From: a virus | Length of the DNA stretch: 64,000 bases | Reading direction: 5' to 3' (one strand) | Virus record (IMG/VR): IMGVR_UViG_3300010224_000005 | In this document: positions 18,350 through 27,462 of the stretch, piece by piece | Position numbering within the stretch: position 1 is the first letter of the stretch | Layout: each line of letters starts with the position of its first letter | Program-made: the position numbers and the translations under genes | Notes under the pieces: generated by a model | Databases searched by the model: none | Told to the model about the DNA's origin: nothing | Seen by the model: only the letters and a program-made list of their open reading frames with translations

Positions 18350-21300
18350 ATGTCCGAGGGCGCTTTCCTGCCGCCCGTCCTGGTCCGCCTCATCGGCGAC
18401 ATGACCCAGCTGCGCGGCACGTTCCGGCAGGCAAGGGCCGAAGCGTCCGGGCTCGAGGGCAGTTTCAAGCGCTCGGGCGCCACCATCGCGGCCGGCTTGG
18501 CCAAGGCTGGCCGATCGGTGTCGCTGGTCGGCGTGGGCGTGGCCGTGGCCAGCACCAAGATGGCCGCGGACTTCCAGTCCGAGACGATGGTCCTGCACAC
18601 CGCCGCCGGTGAGACGGTCAAGGGCCTGGCCACAGTCCGCAAGGGCATCCTCTCCATCTCCGAAGGCACCGGGACGGGGATCCAGAATCTCGTCGACGGC
18701 ATGTACCAGGTCGAGAAGGCGGGGTACCGCGGCGGTGAGGGTCTCCAGGTCCTTAAGGCCGCCGCCCAGGGTGCAAGGGAAGAGAACGCCCAGCTCTCCA
18801 CGGTCACCAACGCGATGACCAGCGTCATGGCGTCGTACCACCTCAAGGCATCCGACTCCGTCCGAGTTATGAACGCGCTCAAGTCGGCCGCGGGCGAGGG
18901 CAAGATGACCATGGAGGAGTTCTCCGGGTCGCTCTCCACCGTCCTCCCGATCGCCAGCGCGAACAAGATCAGCCTGGAGCAGGTGACCGGCGCGCTCGCC
19001 ACCCTCACCCAGCACGGCACCAGCGCCCGCGAGGGCACCCAGGAGCTCGCCTCTACCATCAAGAACCTGGCATCGCCGAACAACGTTGCTACCGCCACGA
19101 TGCAGCGATTTGGCCTGTCAGCGACGGACGTGCAGACCCACTTGGGTAAGCGGGGGCTGACGGGGACGCTCGACCTCCTGTCTGAGACTGTCCTGTCCAA
19201 GATGGGCAAGTCCGGCACGATCCTGCTCAACACGTTCAATACGTCGAAGCAGGCCGCCAAGGATGCGGATCTCATGATCCGCAGCATGCCCAAGTCCATT
19301 CAGGGCCTGGCCCGCTCGTACGACGGCGGCAAGATCAGCCTGGCGGACTGGCGTAAGGAGCTGAAGGGGCTCCCGCCCGAGCAGGCCAACCTGCTGTCGC
19401 AGTACGCGACGTTGCAGAACAAGAGCAAGGGCTTCAACGACGCCCTCAAGCGCGGCGGCCCGGCCGCGACCACTTACACCGACGCCATTCGGAAGATGAC
19501 CGGCGGCGCGATCGGCCTCAACACGACGCTGCAGCTGACCGGCGAGAGCAGCGAGGGGTTCAAGGAGCGGGTCAAGAAGGTCGGGGAGAGCTTCCATAAC
19601 GGCAGCAAGGACGTCGAGGGCTGGAAAGAGACCTCCAAGCTTCTCAACACCCAGCTCGCCCAGACCAAGGCCAAGGCGCAGGTCCTCGCGATTGAGATCG
19701 GCAGCAAGCTCATCCCGGTCGTCTCGGCTGTGATCAGCTTCTTCGCCGAGCACAAGACCGCCGCGACTGCCCTGGCGGCGGTCATCGGCGGAGTCCTCGC
19801 TCTGTCGGTCGTCGCGTACGCCGCGAAACTGACGATGAGCGCGGCCAAGGGCGCCGTCGAGTTCGGGAAACTCGGCGTCTCTGCGGTCAAGGCGGGCGGC
19901 CGCGTCGTCCAGGGCTTCCGCTCGGCGCAGGTGGCCGAGTCCGCCTTCTCCGGGAAGGCCGGCAGCTTCGGCGGAGCGCTGCGCAAGGCTTTCGACGGCA
20001 CGGTCAAGGGCGCCAAGGGCGCCGCGAGCGGTATCCGCAAGGCCGGCGGCGCTGTGAAGGACTTCGCCGTCTCGGTGGGCAAGGCGTCCGCGAGCGCCGG
20101 AAAGGCAGCCTGGTCCGGACTGGTCTCCGGGATCAAGGGCGTCGGCAACGCAGCGAAGTCGGCCGGCGGCGCAGTGAAGACCTTCGCGCTGTCCGTGGGC
20201 CGCGTATCGGCGCAAGCAGGCAAGGCTGCCTGGACCGGCCTGGTCACCGGTCTGAAGAACGTCGGCATGGCGATGAAGACGGCGTCGCTCAACGCGCTGC
20301 AGTTCTTGCGCGCCATGGCGATGTCCGCCCTGTCCGCGGCCCGGGCCGCCATCGCCTACACCGCCCAGAAGGTGGCCCTCGTCGCATCGGCGATCGCGGA
20401 GAAGGCGGCCGCGATCGCCCAGTGGGCGCTGAACGTGGCCATGGACGCCAACCCGATCATGCTCATCGTTCTGGCACTTGCGGCCCTCGTCGGCGGCCTG
20501 ATCTGGGCCTATAACAAGGTCGGTTGGTTCCGCGCGTTCGTCGACGGTGCTTTCAAGGGCATCTCGGCAGTGATCGGCGCGGTGGTCGACTTCGTCAAGT
20601 CCCACTGGCCGCTGCTGCTCGCGATCCTCACCGGCCCCATCGGTATCGCCGTGCTGCTGATCGTGAAGTACTGGAAGAAGATCTCCAGCGGCTTCGAGTC
20701 TGCGTACCGCACCACGATCAATATCGGAAAAACCCTGATCAGCTGGGTCACCGGACTGCCAGGCTGGATCAAGGGCGCCCTGTCGTCACTGCGCCAGAAG
20801 ATCGTCACGACAGCCCTGGACGCCTGGTTCCGCTTCCGGGCAGCCACGATCCAGAAAGCGGGCGAGCTCCTCACCTGGGTGAAGAGCCTCCCCGGCAAGA
20901 TCAAGTCCGGGCTGGGCAGCCTGGGCCAGCTCCTCTACAACTCCGGCCGCGCTCTGCTCTCGGGCTTTATGCACGGCATCCAGTCGATGCTCGGACCCGT
21001 CGTCAACGCCGGCAAGAGCATCATGTCCCACCTAAGCGGCCTCTTCCCGCACTCCCCGGCCAAGTTCGGCCCGTTCTCCGGCAAGGGCTGGACCCTGCAC
21101 TCCGGGCGCGCCCTGATGGACGGCCTTTCCCAGGGCATCCATGCCGGCTCTTCGGGCGCGGTGGCGACGATGCGCGGAGCGGCCCAGGCCACGTCGAACG
21201 CTTTCGCGCACACCCTCGGCATCGCCTCGCCGTCGAAGGTGTTCCGGCAACTGGGCATCTACGTCAATGAGGGCCTGGTCGACGGGCTGACCGGGAGCAC

Positions 21301-22357
21301 GGCCCGGGTGAAGGCCGCCACCCGCAGGATCGAGTCCCTGCTGATCCAGACGTACAACCGTGTGTCCGATCTGCAGGCAGGCAGGGGCCGTAAGGGTCGG
21401 GCGATGCGAGCGTGGGTGGCCTCCCACGAGCGCACGATCAAACGCCTCGAGGCCTACGCGCGCAAGGAGGACAAGGTTCTGCGTGGCCTGGCAGCCAGGC
21501 GCGACTCGGTGGCCACGCAGCTCAAAGCAGCGCAGAAGCACCTCAAGGACCTGCAGAAGTCCTGGTCGGACGAGGTGAAGAACGTCGCCTCCGGGATCAT
21601 GCAGGGCTTCTCCATCGTCACCGACGCCCCGCAGGAAGGCTTCGCACTCACTGCGCAGGACGTGGTCAACCACATGCGCGACCAGATGCAGAAGGCCGTG
21701 CAGTTCGCCGCCCAGCTGAAAGAGCTGAAGAAGAAGGGCCTCAGCTCGGACCTGATCGCTCAGATCGCTGCTGCCGGTGTCGACCAGGGCGGCGCGACGG
21801 CGACCGCGCTGATGGGCGCGACCAAGGGCCAGATCGCTGCGATCAACCAGGCCCAGCAGGTGACAAAGAGCGCGGCAACCAGCGCTGGGAAGACCGTCGC
21901 CAACTCCATGTACGGGGCGGGCATCAAAGCTGCTCAGGGCCTGGTCAAGGGGCTCCAGTCGCAGGAGAAGGCGATTGAGCGGCAGATGACCAGGATCGCC
22001 AAGAAGATGGCCGCCACCATCAAGCACGAACTCAGGATCAAGAGCCCGAGCCAGGTGTTCCAGCAGATCGGCCAGTGGATCCCCAAGGGCCTCGCCAGGG
22101 GCGTCGAGCGTAACGCCCACCACGCCACCGGAGCTGTGCACCGCCTCGCCGGAGCGGTTGTCGGCGCAGGCTCGTTCGCAGGCACGGGCGTCGCGCTGGC
22201 GGGCGCCGGTGGGGGCACAGTCATCCACAACCACCACTACGAGTTCAAGATCGAGGGCAACGTGCGGACGATCGACGGACTCGCCCGCGACATCGAGACC
22301 GCGTTCCTCAAGCGCGGCATGCGGAACCCCAGCACGTACCCCGCCTACAAGCGCTGA
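18350..22357 (+). CDS. Tape measure protein
   Basis: 1335 aa, helical and A/G/K-rich with a central TM-like segment and an internal tandem repeat AGGAVK-FA-SVG--SA-AGKAAW-GLV-G-K. Position after the chaperones. Confidence 0.9.
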   Translation: MSEGAFLPPVLVRLIGDMTQLRGTFRQARAEASGLEGSFKRSGATIAAGLAKAGRSVSLVGVGVAVASTKMAADFQSETMVLHTAAGETVKGLATVRKGILSISEGTGTGIQNLVDGMYQVEKAGYRGGEGLQVLKAAAQGAREENAQLSTVTNAMTSVMASYHLKASDSVRVMNALKSAAGEGKMTMEEFSGSLSTVLPIASANKISLEQVTGALATLTQHGTSAREGTQELASTIKNLASPNNVATATMQRFGLSATDVQTHLGKRGLTGTLDLLSETVLSKMGKSGTILLNTFNTSKQAAKDADLMIRSMPKSIQGLARSYDGGKISLADWRKELKGLPPEQANLLSQYATLQNKSKGFNDALKRGGPAATTYTDAIRKMTGGAIGLNTTLQLTGESSEGFKERVKKVGESFHNGSKDVEGWKETSKLLNTQLAQTKAKAQVLAIEIGSKLIPVVSAVISFFAEHKTAATALAAVIGGVLALSVVAYAAKLTMSAAKGAVEFGKLGVSAVKAGGRVVQGFRSAQVAESAFSGKAGSFGGALRKAFDGTVKGAKGAASGIRKAGGAVKDFAVSVGKASASAGKAAWSGLVSGIKGVGNAAKSAGGAVKTFALSVGRVSAQAGKAAWTGLVTGLKNVGMAMKTASLNALQFLRAMAMSALSAARAAIAYTAQKVALVASAIAEKAAAIAQWALNVAMDANPIMLIVLALAALVGGLIWAYNKVGWFRAFVDGAFKGISAVIGAVVDFVKSHWPLLLAILTGPIGIAVLLIVKYWKKISSGFESAYRTTINIGKTLISWVTGLPGWIKGALSSLRQKIVTTALDAWFRFRAATIQKAGELLTWVKSLPGKIKSGLGSLGQLLYNSGRALLSGFMHGIQSMLGPVVNAGKSIMSHLSGLFPHSPAKFGPFSGKGWTLHSGRALMDGLSQGIHAGSSGAVATMRGAAQATSNAFAHTLGIASPSKVFRQLGIYVNEGLVDGLTGSTARVKAATRRIESLLIQTYNRVSDLQAGRGRKGRAMRAWVASHERTIKRLEAYARKEDKVLRGLAARRDSVATQLKAAQKHLKDLQKSWSDEVKNVASGIMQGFSIVTDAPQEGFALTAQDVVNHMRDQMQKAVQFAAQLKELKKKGLSSDLIAQIAAAGVDQGGATATALMGATKGQIAAINQAQQVTKSAATSAGKTVANSMYGAGIKAAQGLVKGLQSQEKAIERQMTRIAKKMAATIKHELRIKSPSQVFQQIGQWIPKGLARGVERNAHHATGAVHRLAGAVVGAGSFAGTGVALAGAGGGTVIHNHHYEFKIEGNVRTIDGLARDIETAFLKRGMRNPSTYPAYKR

Positions 22358-22384
22358 CCAGCAGAACATCCAGGGCGCCGCCGG

Positions 22385-25300
22385 GTGCCAGAAGGGCGGC
22401 ACCCGGTGGCTCCCAAGCTGTCCACACTGCAGGACTTCTTCGGCGGCACTGCACTCGACACCACGGTGTGGAACGGATCCAGCGGACCGCCCGACGTCAC
22501 GCTGGACACCAGCCTGGACAGGGTCCAGATCGCCTGCCAGTCGTACTACGCAACACTGACCGCGAATGGCCCGTTCGACGCCACAGGCAGCAGCCTCTTC
22601 GCCCGGGTCACCCCGGCACCCGTCGGCGGCGGCACCACCCAGACGATCATGCGGATCGCAGCCAACACCAGCAACAGGGTCACCTACTACTGCGATGGCG
22701 GCGGCGTCCTCACCGCCCGCGTCACCAATGCCGGCGTCAACAGCGACATCGTGATCGGCCCCTACGACGTCTACAACCACGCCTGGTGGCGGCTTCGCGA
22801 GTCGGGTGGCAACATCCTGTTCGACACCGCACCGGACGGCTGGACGTGGACCAACCGCGCGAGTATCGCGCACACCTGGGACGCCAGTTCCGTTCAGGTC
22901 ATCTTCCTGTGCGGCTACTACGGCACCGAGACCGCCGGCATGGTCGGCTACGTCGACCACGTCAACACCACCACCTCAGCACCGAACCAGCCCAACCTGA
23001 ACTGGCCGCGACTCGAAGAAAGTTGGGGCCCCTACTGGAACGCGAACGCGGGCACCACGCCGCTGGATCGGCTTGTCGAGGTCACCGACCGCACCCGCGG
23101 TTCTTCGTCCATCCAGCGAGGCCGCCAGTACGAGCTGGACCAGGTCCGCAGCGGCGAGGCCGATCTGACCCTTGCGAACACCGATGGCGCGCTCGACCCG
23201 ACGAACGCGTCCGGACCGTGGTACGGCCACATCCAGCCCTACCAGCCGTACCGGAAGCGGGCTCAGTGGCCGCCAACAAGGAATGTGTTGGACCAGGTCA
23301 TGGCCACCGGCGGTGATCTAGGAGGATTCGCGGTCGGCGCTATTAGTTCCTCGGCCACTGACATCTTCTCCAGCACCGACAGCAGTGGCGGCAGCTTCGT
23401 CACCTCGGCCACCGCGTGGCAGGGCGCCACGGTCATGCAGTTCGCGGTGCCGTCGGCCACCGCGGCGACCACCCGAATCTGCCACACTCCCCGCTGGTCC
23501 GTTGTCCCCGGCCAGACGTACACGATGCAGTTGCGCGTACGGGACGTCACCGCGGCAACGTCCTTGTCTGTGCAGGCGTTCATGGGCTGGTACACGGCCG
23601 GCGGCGGGGGCAGCCCGACCAGCTACACCTACGGCGCGAGTACCGCGCTCACCGGGTCGACAACCGCTGGATGGACCACGATCACCGTCACCGCCACCGC
23701 GCCGGCCAACGCGGCCGGTATGGACGTCGGCGTCGCAGTGGCGTCCACGGCGGCCGCCACCTGCAGCGTGCAGGTCGACGGCTGGCAGCTGGAGAAGGGC
23801 GCCACTGCCACCACGTGGGTCTGTCCCGGTGTTTGGTACCCGTTGTACGCCGGGTGGACGGAGCGATGGACGCCGTCGTGGGACCTGGCGGGTACCTACG
23901 CAAAGATCAGCCCGACAGCGGTGGACACCTTCTCACTGCTGTCGCAGCAGCAGCTATCGGACCCGCTCACCGAGGAAATCAGTTCACGCAACCCGCGGTT
24001 CGTGTACAAGCTTGATGACCCAGCCGGCTCGACTTCGGTGGCGGACTGGACGGGCAACAACCCTGCGGCCCAGCTCGCGATCAGCAAGTACGGGGCCGGA
24101 TCTCTCGTCTTCGGCACCGCGATCACGGCGACCGACGCCACTGGCACGTACACCGGCAGCACGGGCACCGTTGCCACGCTGAACAACGCCAACCCTGGCA
24201 CCAACCTGACACCCAGTCAGGCGACGTTCATCAAGCTGACCAGCGCGGGGATCAAGGGGCCAGCGGATCCCACCGTGTGGACGCGGGCGATCGCATTCCG
24301 GTACACGGGACCGACGCCGACGGCCGCGGCCTGCATGTGGTCGGCGATGGACACGCAGCGTGCGGGCGGCCAGCCGTCGGGCTCCCACATCTACGTATAC
24401 CTGTTCACCGACGGCAAGCCCGTTCTCAACATGCAGGGGCCGGGCGGCACCAACCTCAACACCTACTTCTCCGGTGCGACCAACTGCGTCGACGGAGACT
24501 GGCACCTGCTGATCTTCGGCTACAACCAAGCCACGAACCAGGTGATTCTCTCTCAGGACGGCGCGATCGGCGTCGTGGGCAGCCTCTCAACGGGTGTGAC
24601 GCCCACGGGCCTCGTCGGCGACAATCTCGGCGGCTTCGTCGACATCACCGTCGGCAACGGCACCATCTGGAACTGGAAGGGCGACATCAGTTTTGCCGTC
24701 GAGTTCCCGACCTACTTCAGCGGCACCGACATCACCCAGCTGTACACGGCATGGAAGAGCGCCGCCGCGGGTGAGTCGACGGACATGCGCTACGCCCGGA
24801 TCCTGCGCTACGCCGGCTACAGCGGCTACAACTCCATCCAGACCGGTCTCACCACCAGCATGGGTCCGGCAGCCATCGACGGCCAGGACGCCATGACCGC
24901 CCTCCAGGCCGTCGTGGACACGGAGAACGGCGCGCACTACGTCGACGGCTCCGGCACTATTACCTTTAGGTCCCGGTCAGCCCGCTACAACGCTACGACG
25001 CCGGTCTACACCTTCGGCGAGAACGCAGCGGCGGGCGAGTGGCCCTACGAAGAATGTCAGTTGGACTTCGACTCCACGCATCTCAGCAACCAGGTTGCCG
25101 TCACGCAGGAGTCGACCGGGCAGACCTTCTACGCCACGGACGCCACGTCGATCGCGAACTACTTCCCTCGCACCCTGACGCGCACGATCAACTCGTCATC
25201 CGCCAACGAGTGCCAGGACGCGGCGAGCTATCTGCTCAGCCGGTACAAGCAGTCCGCGATGCGGGTCAGCAGTATCACGCTGCATGCCTCCGCGAACCCG

Positions 25301-25828
25301 GGCTTGTGGGCGGTGTGCCTCAGCTTGGAACTCGGCACCCGGGTACGGGTCATGCGACGGGCTCAGGGTGTCCCGGCCGTCCAGGTCGACTGTTTCGTCG
25401 AGAACATCGCGTGGGCCTTCGACGACGCAGGCGAGGCCTGGTGCACGCTGCAGTGCAGTCCTGCCGACGTCACCACGTACGGGGTCTTCTCGTCGTGGCA
25501 CACCACGCTCAACTCGAGCCTCGCGGCTGGCGTAACGAGCATTGCGGTCACCGCCTCCGCAGACACCACGAACCCTCTCGCCGCCCAGTTGGCGGCCGGC
25601 GAGCAGATCGTTATCGGCCAGGGCACGGCGAACAGAGAGGTGGTCACGGTCGCCGCCGTCGGAGCAACCAGCCCGGGGTGGACGACGGCCACTATCACCC
25701 TGACCGCGGCGACGACCAAGACGCACACGGCCGGCGACATCGTCTGTGACGTGCTGCCGACCGGCGTCACCGACCCGACCACCTATGACGCGGTGTCGAA
25801 GTTCGACACCAGCGCATTCGCCTACTGA
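22385..25828 (+). CDS. Large minor tail protein (distal tail/baseplate-type) with CBM-like and LamG/concanavalin-like domains
   Basis: 1147 aa immediately after the tape measure gene. Segments resemble carbohydrate-binding jelly-rolls (..VQVDGWQLEKGATATTW..) and a Laminin_G_3-like region (..YKLDDPAGSTSVADWTGNN..). Confidence 0.75.
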   Translation: MPEGRHPVAPKLSTLQDFFGGTALDTTVWNGSSGPPDVTLDTSLDRVQIACQSYYATLTANGPFDATGSSLFARVTPAPVGGGTTQTIMRIAANTSNRVTYYCDGGGVLTARVTNAGVNSDIVIGPYDVYNHAWWRLRESGGNILFDTAPDGWTWTNRASIAHTWDASSVQVIFLCGYYGTETAGMVGYVDHVNTTTSAPNQPNLNWPRLEESWGPYWNANAGTTPLDRLVEVTDRTRGSSSIQRGRQYELDQVRSGEADLTLANTDGALDPTNASGPWYGHIQPYQPYRKRAQWPPTRNVLDQVMATGGDLGGFAVGAISSSATDIFSSTDSSGGSFVTSATAWQGATVMQFAVPSATAATTRICHTPRWSVVPGQTYTMQLRVRDVTAATSLSVQAFMGWYTAGGGGSPTSYTYGASTALTGSTTAGWTTITVTATAPANAAGMDVGVAVASTAAATCSVQVDGWQLEKGATATTWVCPGVWYPLYAGWTERWTPSWDLAGTYAKISPTAVDTFSLLSQQQLSDPLTEEISSRNPRFVYKLDDPAGSTSVADWTGNNPAAQLAISKYGAGSLVFGTAITATDATGTYTGSTGTVATLNNANPGTNLTPSQATFIKLTSAGIKGPADPTVWTRAIAFRYTGPTPTAAACMWSAMDTQRAGGQPSGSHIYVYLFTDGKPVLNMQGPGGTNLNTYFSGATNCVDGDWHLLIFGYNQATNQVILSQDGAIGVVGSLSTGVTPTGLVGDNLGGFVDITVGNGTIWNWKGDISFAVEFPTYFSGTDITQLYTAWKSAAAGESTDMRYARILRYAGYSGYNSIQTGLTTSMGPAAIDGQDAMTALQAVVDTENGAHYVDGSGTITFRSRSARYNATTPVYTFGENAAAGEWPYEECQLDFDSTHLSNQVAVTQESTGQTFYATDATSIANYFPRTLTRTINSSSANECQDAASYLLSRYKQSAMRVSSITLHASANPGLWAVCLSLELGTRVRVMRRAQGVPAVQVDCFVENIAWAFDDAGEAWCTLQCSPADVTTYGVFSSWHTTLNSSLAAGVTSIAVTASADTTNPLAAQLAAGEQIVIGQGTANREVVTVAAVGATSPGWTTATITLTAATTKTHTAGDIVCDVLPTGVTDPTTYDAVSKFDTSAFAY

Positions 25829-25873
25829 TCGATCCCAGGCCCGCGCGGGCCCCGTCCCTCTGGAGGTGCCCGC

Positions 25874-26437
25874 GTGGCCCGCACTGTGCCATCCATCGCG
25901 ACCAAGAACCCCGGCGACTTCATCACCGGCGCCCTCTGGAACGCCCAGGTCGGCTCGATCATGCAGTGGCTCGTCGGCTCCGGCGGTAACGGTTTGCCGA
26001 TGTTCTTCGGTTACCAGGCGACTGCCCAGAGCGTCGCCTCAGGCACCACCGGCGCTGCCATCAGCATCGACACAGAGATCATCGACACCGACGGCGGGCA
26101 CTCCACCGTGTCCAACACCAGCAGATACACCTGCCAGGTCGCGGGCTACTACCTCGTCTGGGGCAGCGTCGCTTGGGCGACCAACGCCACCGAGGAACGC
26201 ATCACCTACTACCAGAAGAACGGCGCACTGATCGCCGGCGGATCGAGCGTGCAGGCCAACCCGGTCACCTCTGCCCACGCCTCGGTCATCCCCGGCAACA
26301 TCATGATCCTGCCCATGGCCGTAGGGGACTACTTCGAGGTGTGGGGATCCCAGGTCTCCGGCGGCAGCCTCTCCACCCAAGCCGACATCTCCAGCGGCAA
26401 GAACTGCACCATGCTCTGCGTCTGGATCCACGCCTGA
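25874..26437 (+). CDS. Tail fibre tip protein, C1q/TNF-like jelly-roll candidate
   Basis: GGAGGTG RBS. Pattern ..RYTCQVAGYYLVWGSV..YYQKNGALI..MAVGDYFEVWG.. is typical of C1q-like domains. Confidence 0.5.
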   Translation: MARTVPSIATKNPGDFITGALWNAQVGSIMQWLVGSGGNGLPMFFGYQATAQSVASGTTGAAISIDTEIIDTDGGHSTVSNTSRYTCQVAGYYLVWGSVAWATNATEERITYYQKNGALIAGGSSVQANPVTSAHASVIPGNIMILPMAVGDYFEVWGSQVSGGSLSTQADISSGKNCTMLCVWIHA

Positions 26438-26440
26438 ACC

Positions 26441-26627
26441 GTGACTCCGGACCCCGGTCTGCAACGGGTTCCGGAACCCGTTCCCGACGGTGATTCCGGA
26501 ACCGACGGATCCCGTTCCCGCCGGGGGTTCCGGACCCCGTTCTGCAACGGGGTCCGGAACCCCCATTTCGCCGGACCCCGTTCCACGACGGGTTCCGGAA
26601 CCCGTTCCCGTCGGGAGTTCCGCACTA
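26441..26627. repeat. Iteron-like repeat array A (noncoding), 8-9 units spaced about 19-25 bp
   Basis: Repeated GCAACGGG(G/T)TCCGGAACCCGTTCC-type units. Perfect 16-bp palindrome CGGGTTCCGGAACCCG at 26465-26480 and 26589-26604. Confidence 0.8.
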
Positions 26628-26991
26628 GTACCGGGCTGAGCAACCCCCACCCGTCGGCCCTGAAACCTACCGACGCCGCTCTCGTGCCCCCTCCCCTCCG
26701 GGTCTTTGAACTCAAGCCCAGCCCTCGACTTGCCCCTCCTCGGCCTGAGCCATAGAAAGCCCGCCACAGCGATAGCCGCGGACGGACGAGTCGGCGCGCG
26801 TATGCCACCGCAACCACATCCGGTCTCAGCCACGCTTCCTTGCTGTGAAGCCCCCCAACGCCCTTTTGCCGCCGACGTGGGCCGAGTGCCCCCGGCGGGG
26901 CACCGCAAGCCCCCCTGGGGGCTGAGGAGCTGCCGCCCCCATGCGCACCGGGCAGGCCACCGCCCCCCCTCTGACAAGCTCAGGAGGCCCC

Positions 26992-27462
26992 ATGGCATCC
27001 GATGTTCCCGCGGCCCTGCAGCAGTCGCTGCGGCACTTCCGTTACGCCCACCTGCCGCCCGTTCTGCGCGATGTGAGTAAGCCCTTCCACGACCTGGCCC
27101 ACAGCCTGGCGCGGAGCGTTTCAGGCCGAGAACTGACGCGGGCGCTTGACTACCTCTTCGACGCGAAGAACTGGGCCGTCGTCGCCGTCCTCTCCGGCCT
27201 TCCCGACGCCGACGCCACACAGCCGGCGTCGCTGGTGCCTCGAGTCGGAGACGTCGTCCTGGTCGCCGCCGATCCGGCTCTCAACAACGGTGCCGAGCAG
27301 GCGCCCGCGGTCGTCACCCGAGTGTGGTCCGCGACCACGGTCAACGTCCGCGTCCTGTACGACGGGCACGCGGTCACCTGGCATACCTCGCTGAACTACG
27401 TGGACACGCTCGACGGCCTCGCCCCTGACGCCCTCGCGTGGACGTGGCCGGAGGACATGTGA
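26992..27462 (+). CDS. Hypothetical protein, first gene of the lysis cassette
   Basis: AGGAGG RBS and ATG, in frame with ORF 26941..27462. Confidence 0.5.
   Translation: MASDVPAALQQSLRHFRYAHLPPVLRDVSKPFHDLAHSLARSVSGRELTRALDYLFDAKNWAVVAVLSGLPDADATQPASLVPRVGDVVLVAADPALNNGAEQAPAVVTRVWSATTVNVRVLYDGHAVTWHTSLNYVDTLDGLAPDALAWTWPEDM

Noticed and set aside
26441-26627. Possible CRISPR array, because of regularly spaced repeats
   Set aside because: The units are degenerate, partly palindromic and contiguous at 19-25 bp. There are no unique spacers of 30 bp or more and no cas genes. A homologous array lies inside a coding region.
26441-26755. ORF-track proteins crossing the repeat array (26441..26755 +, 26329..26817 -, 26039..27220 -)
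   Set aside because: Their translations are repetitive G/S/R/P/T strings generated by the iterons in all frames. They have no RBS and no codon-position GC pattern.
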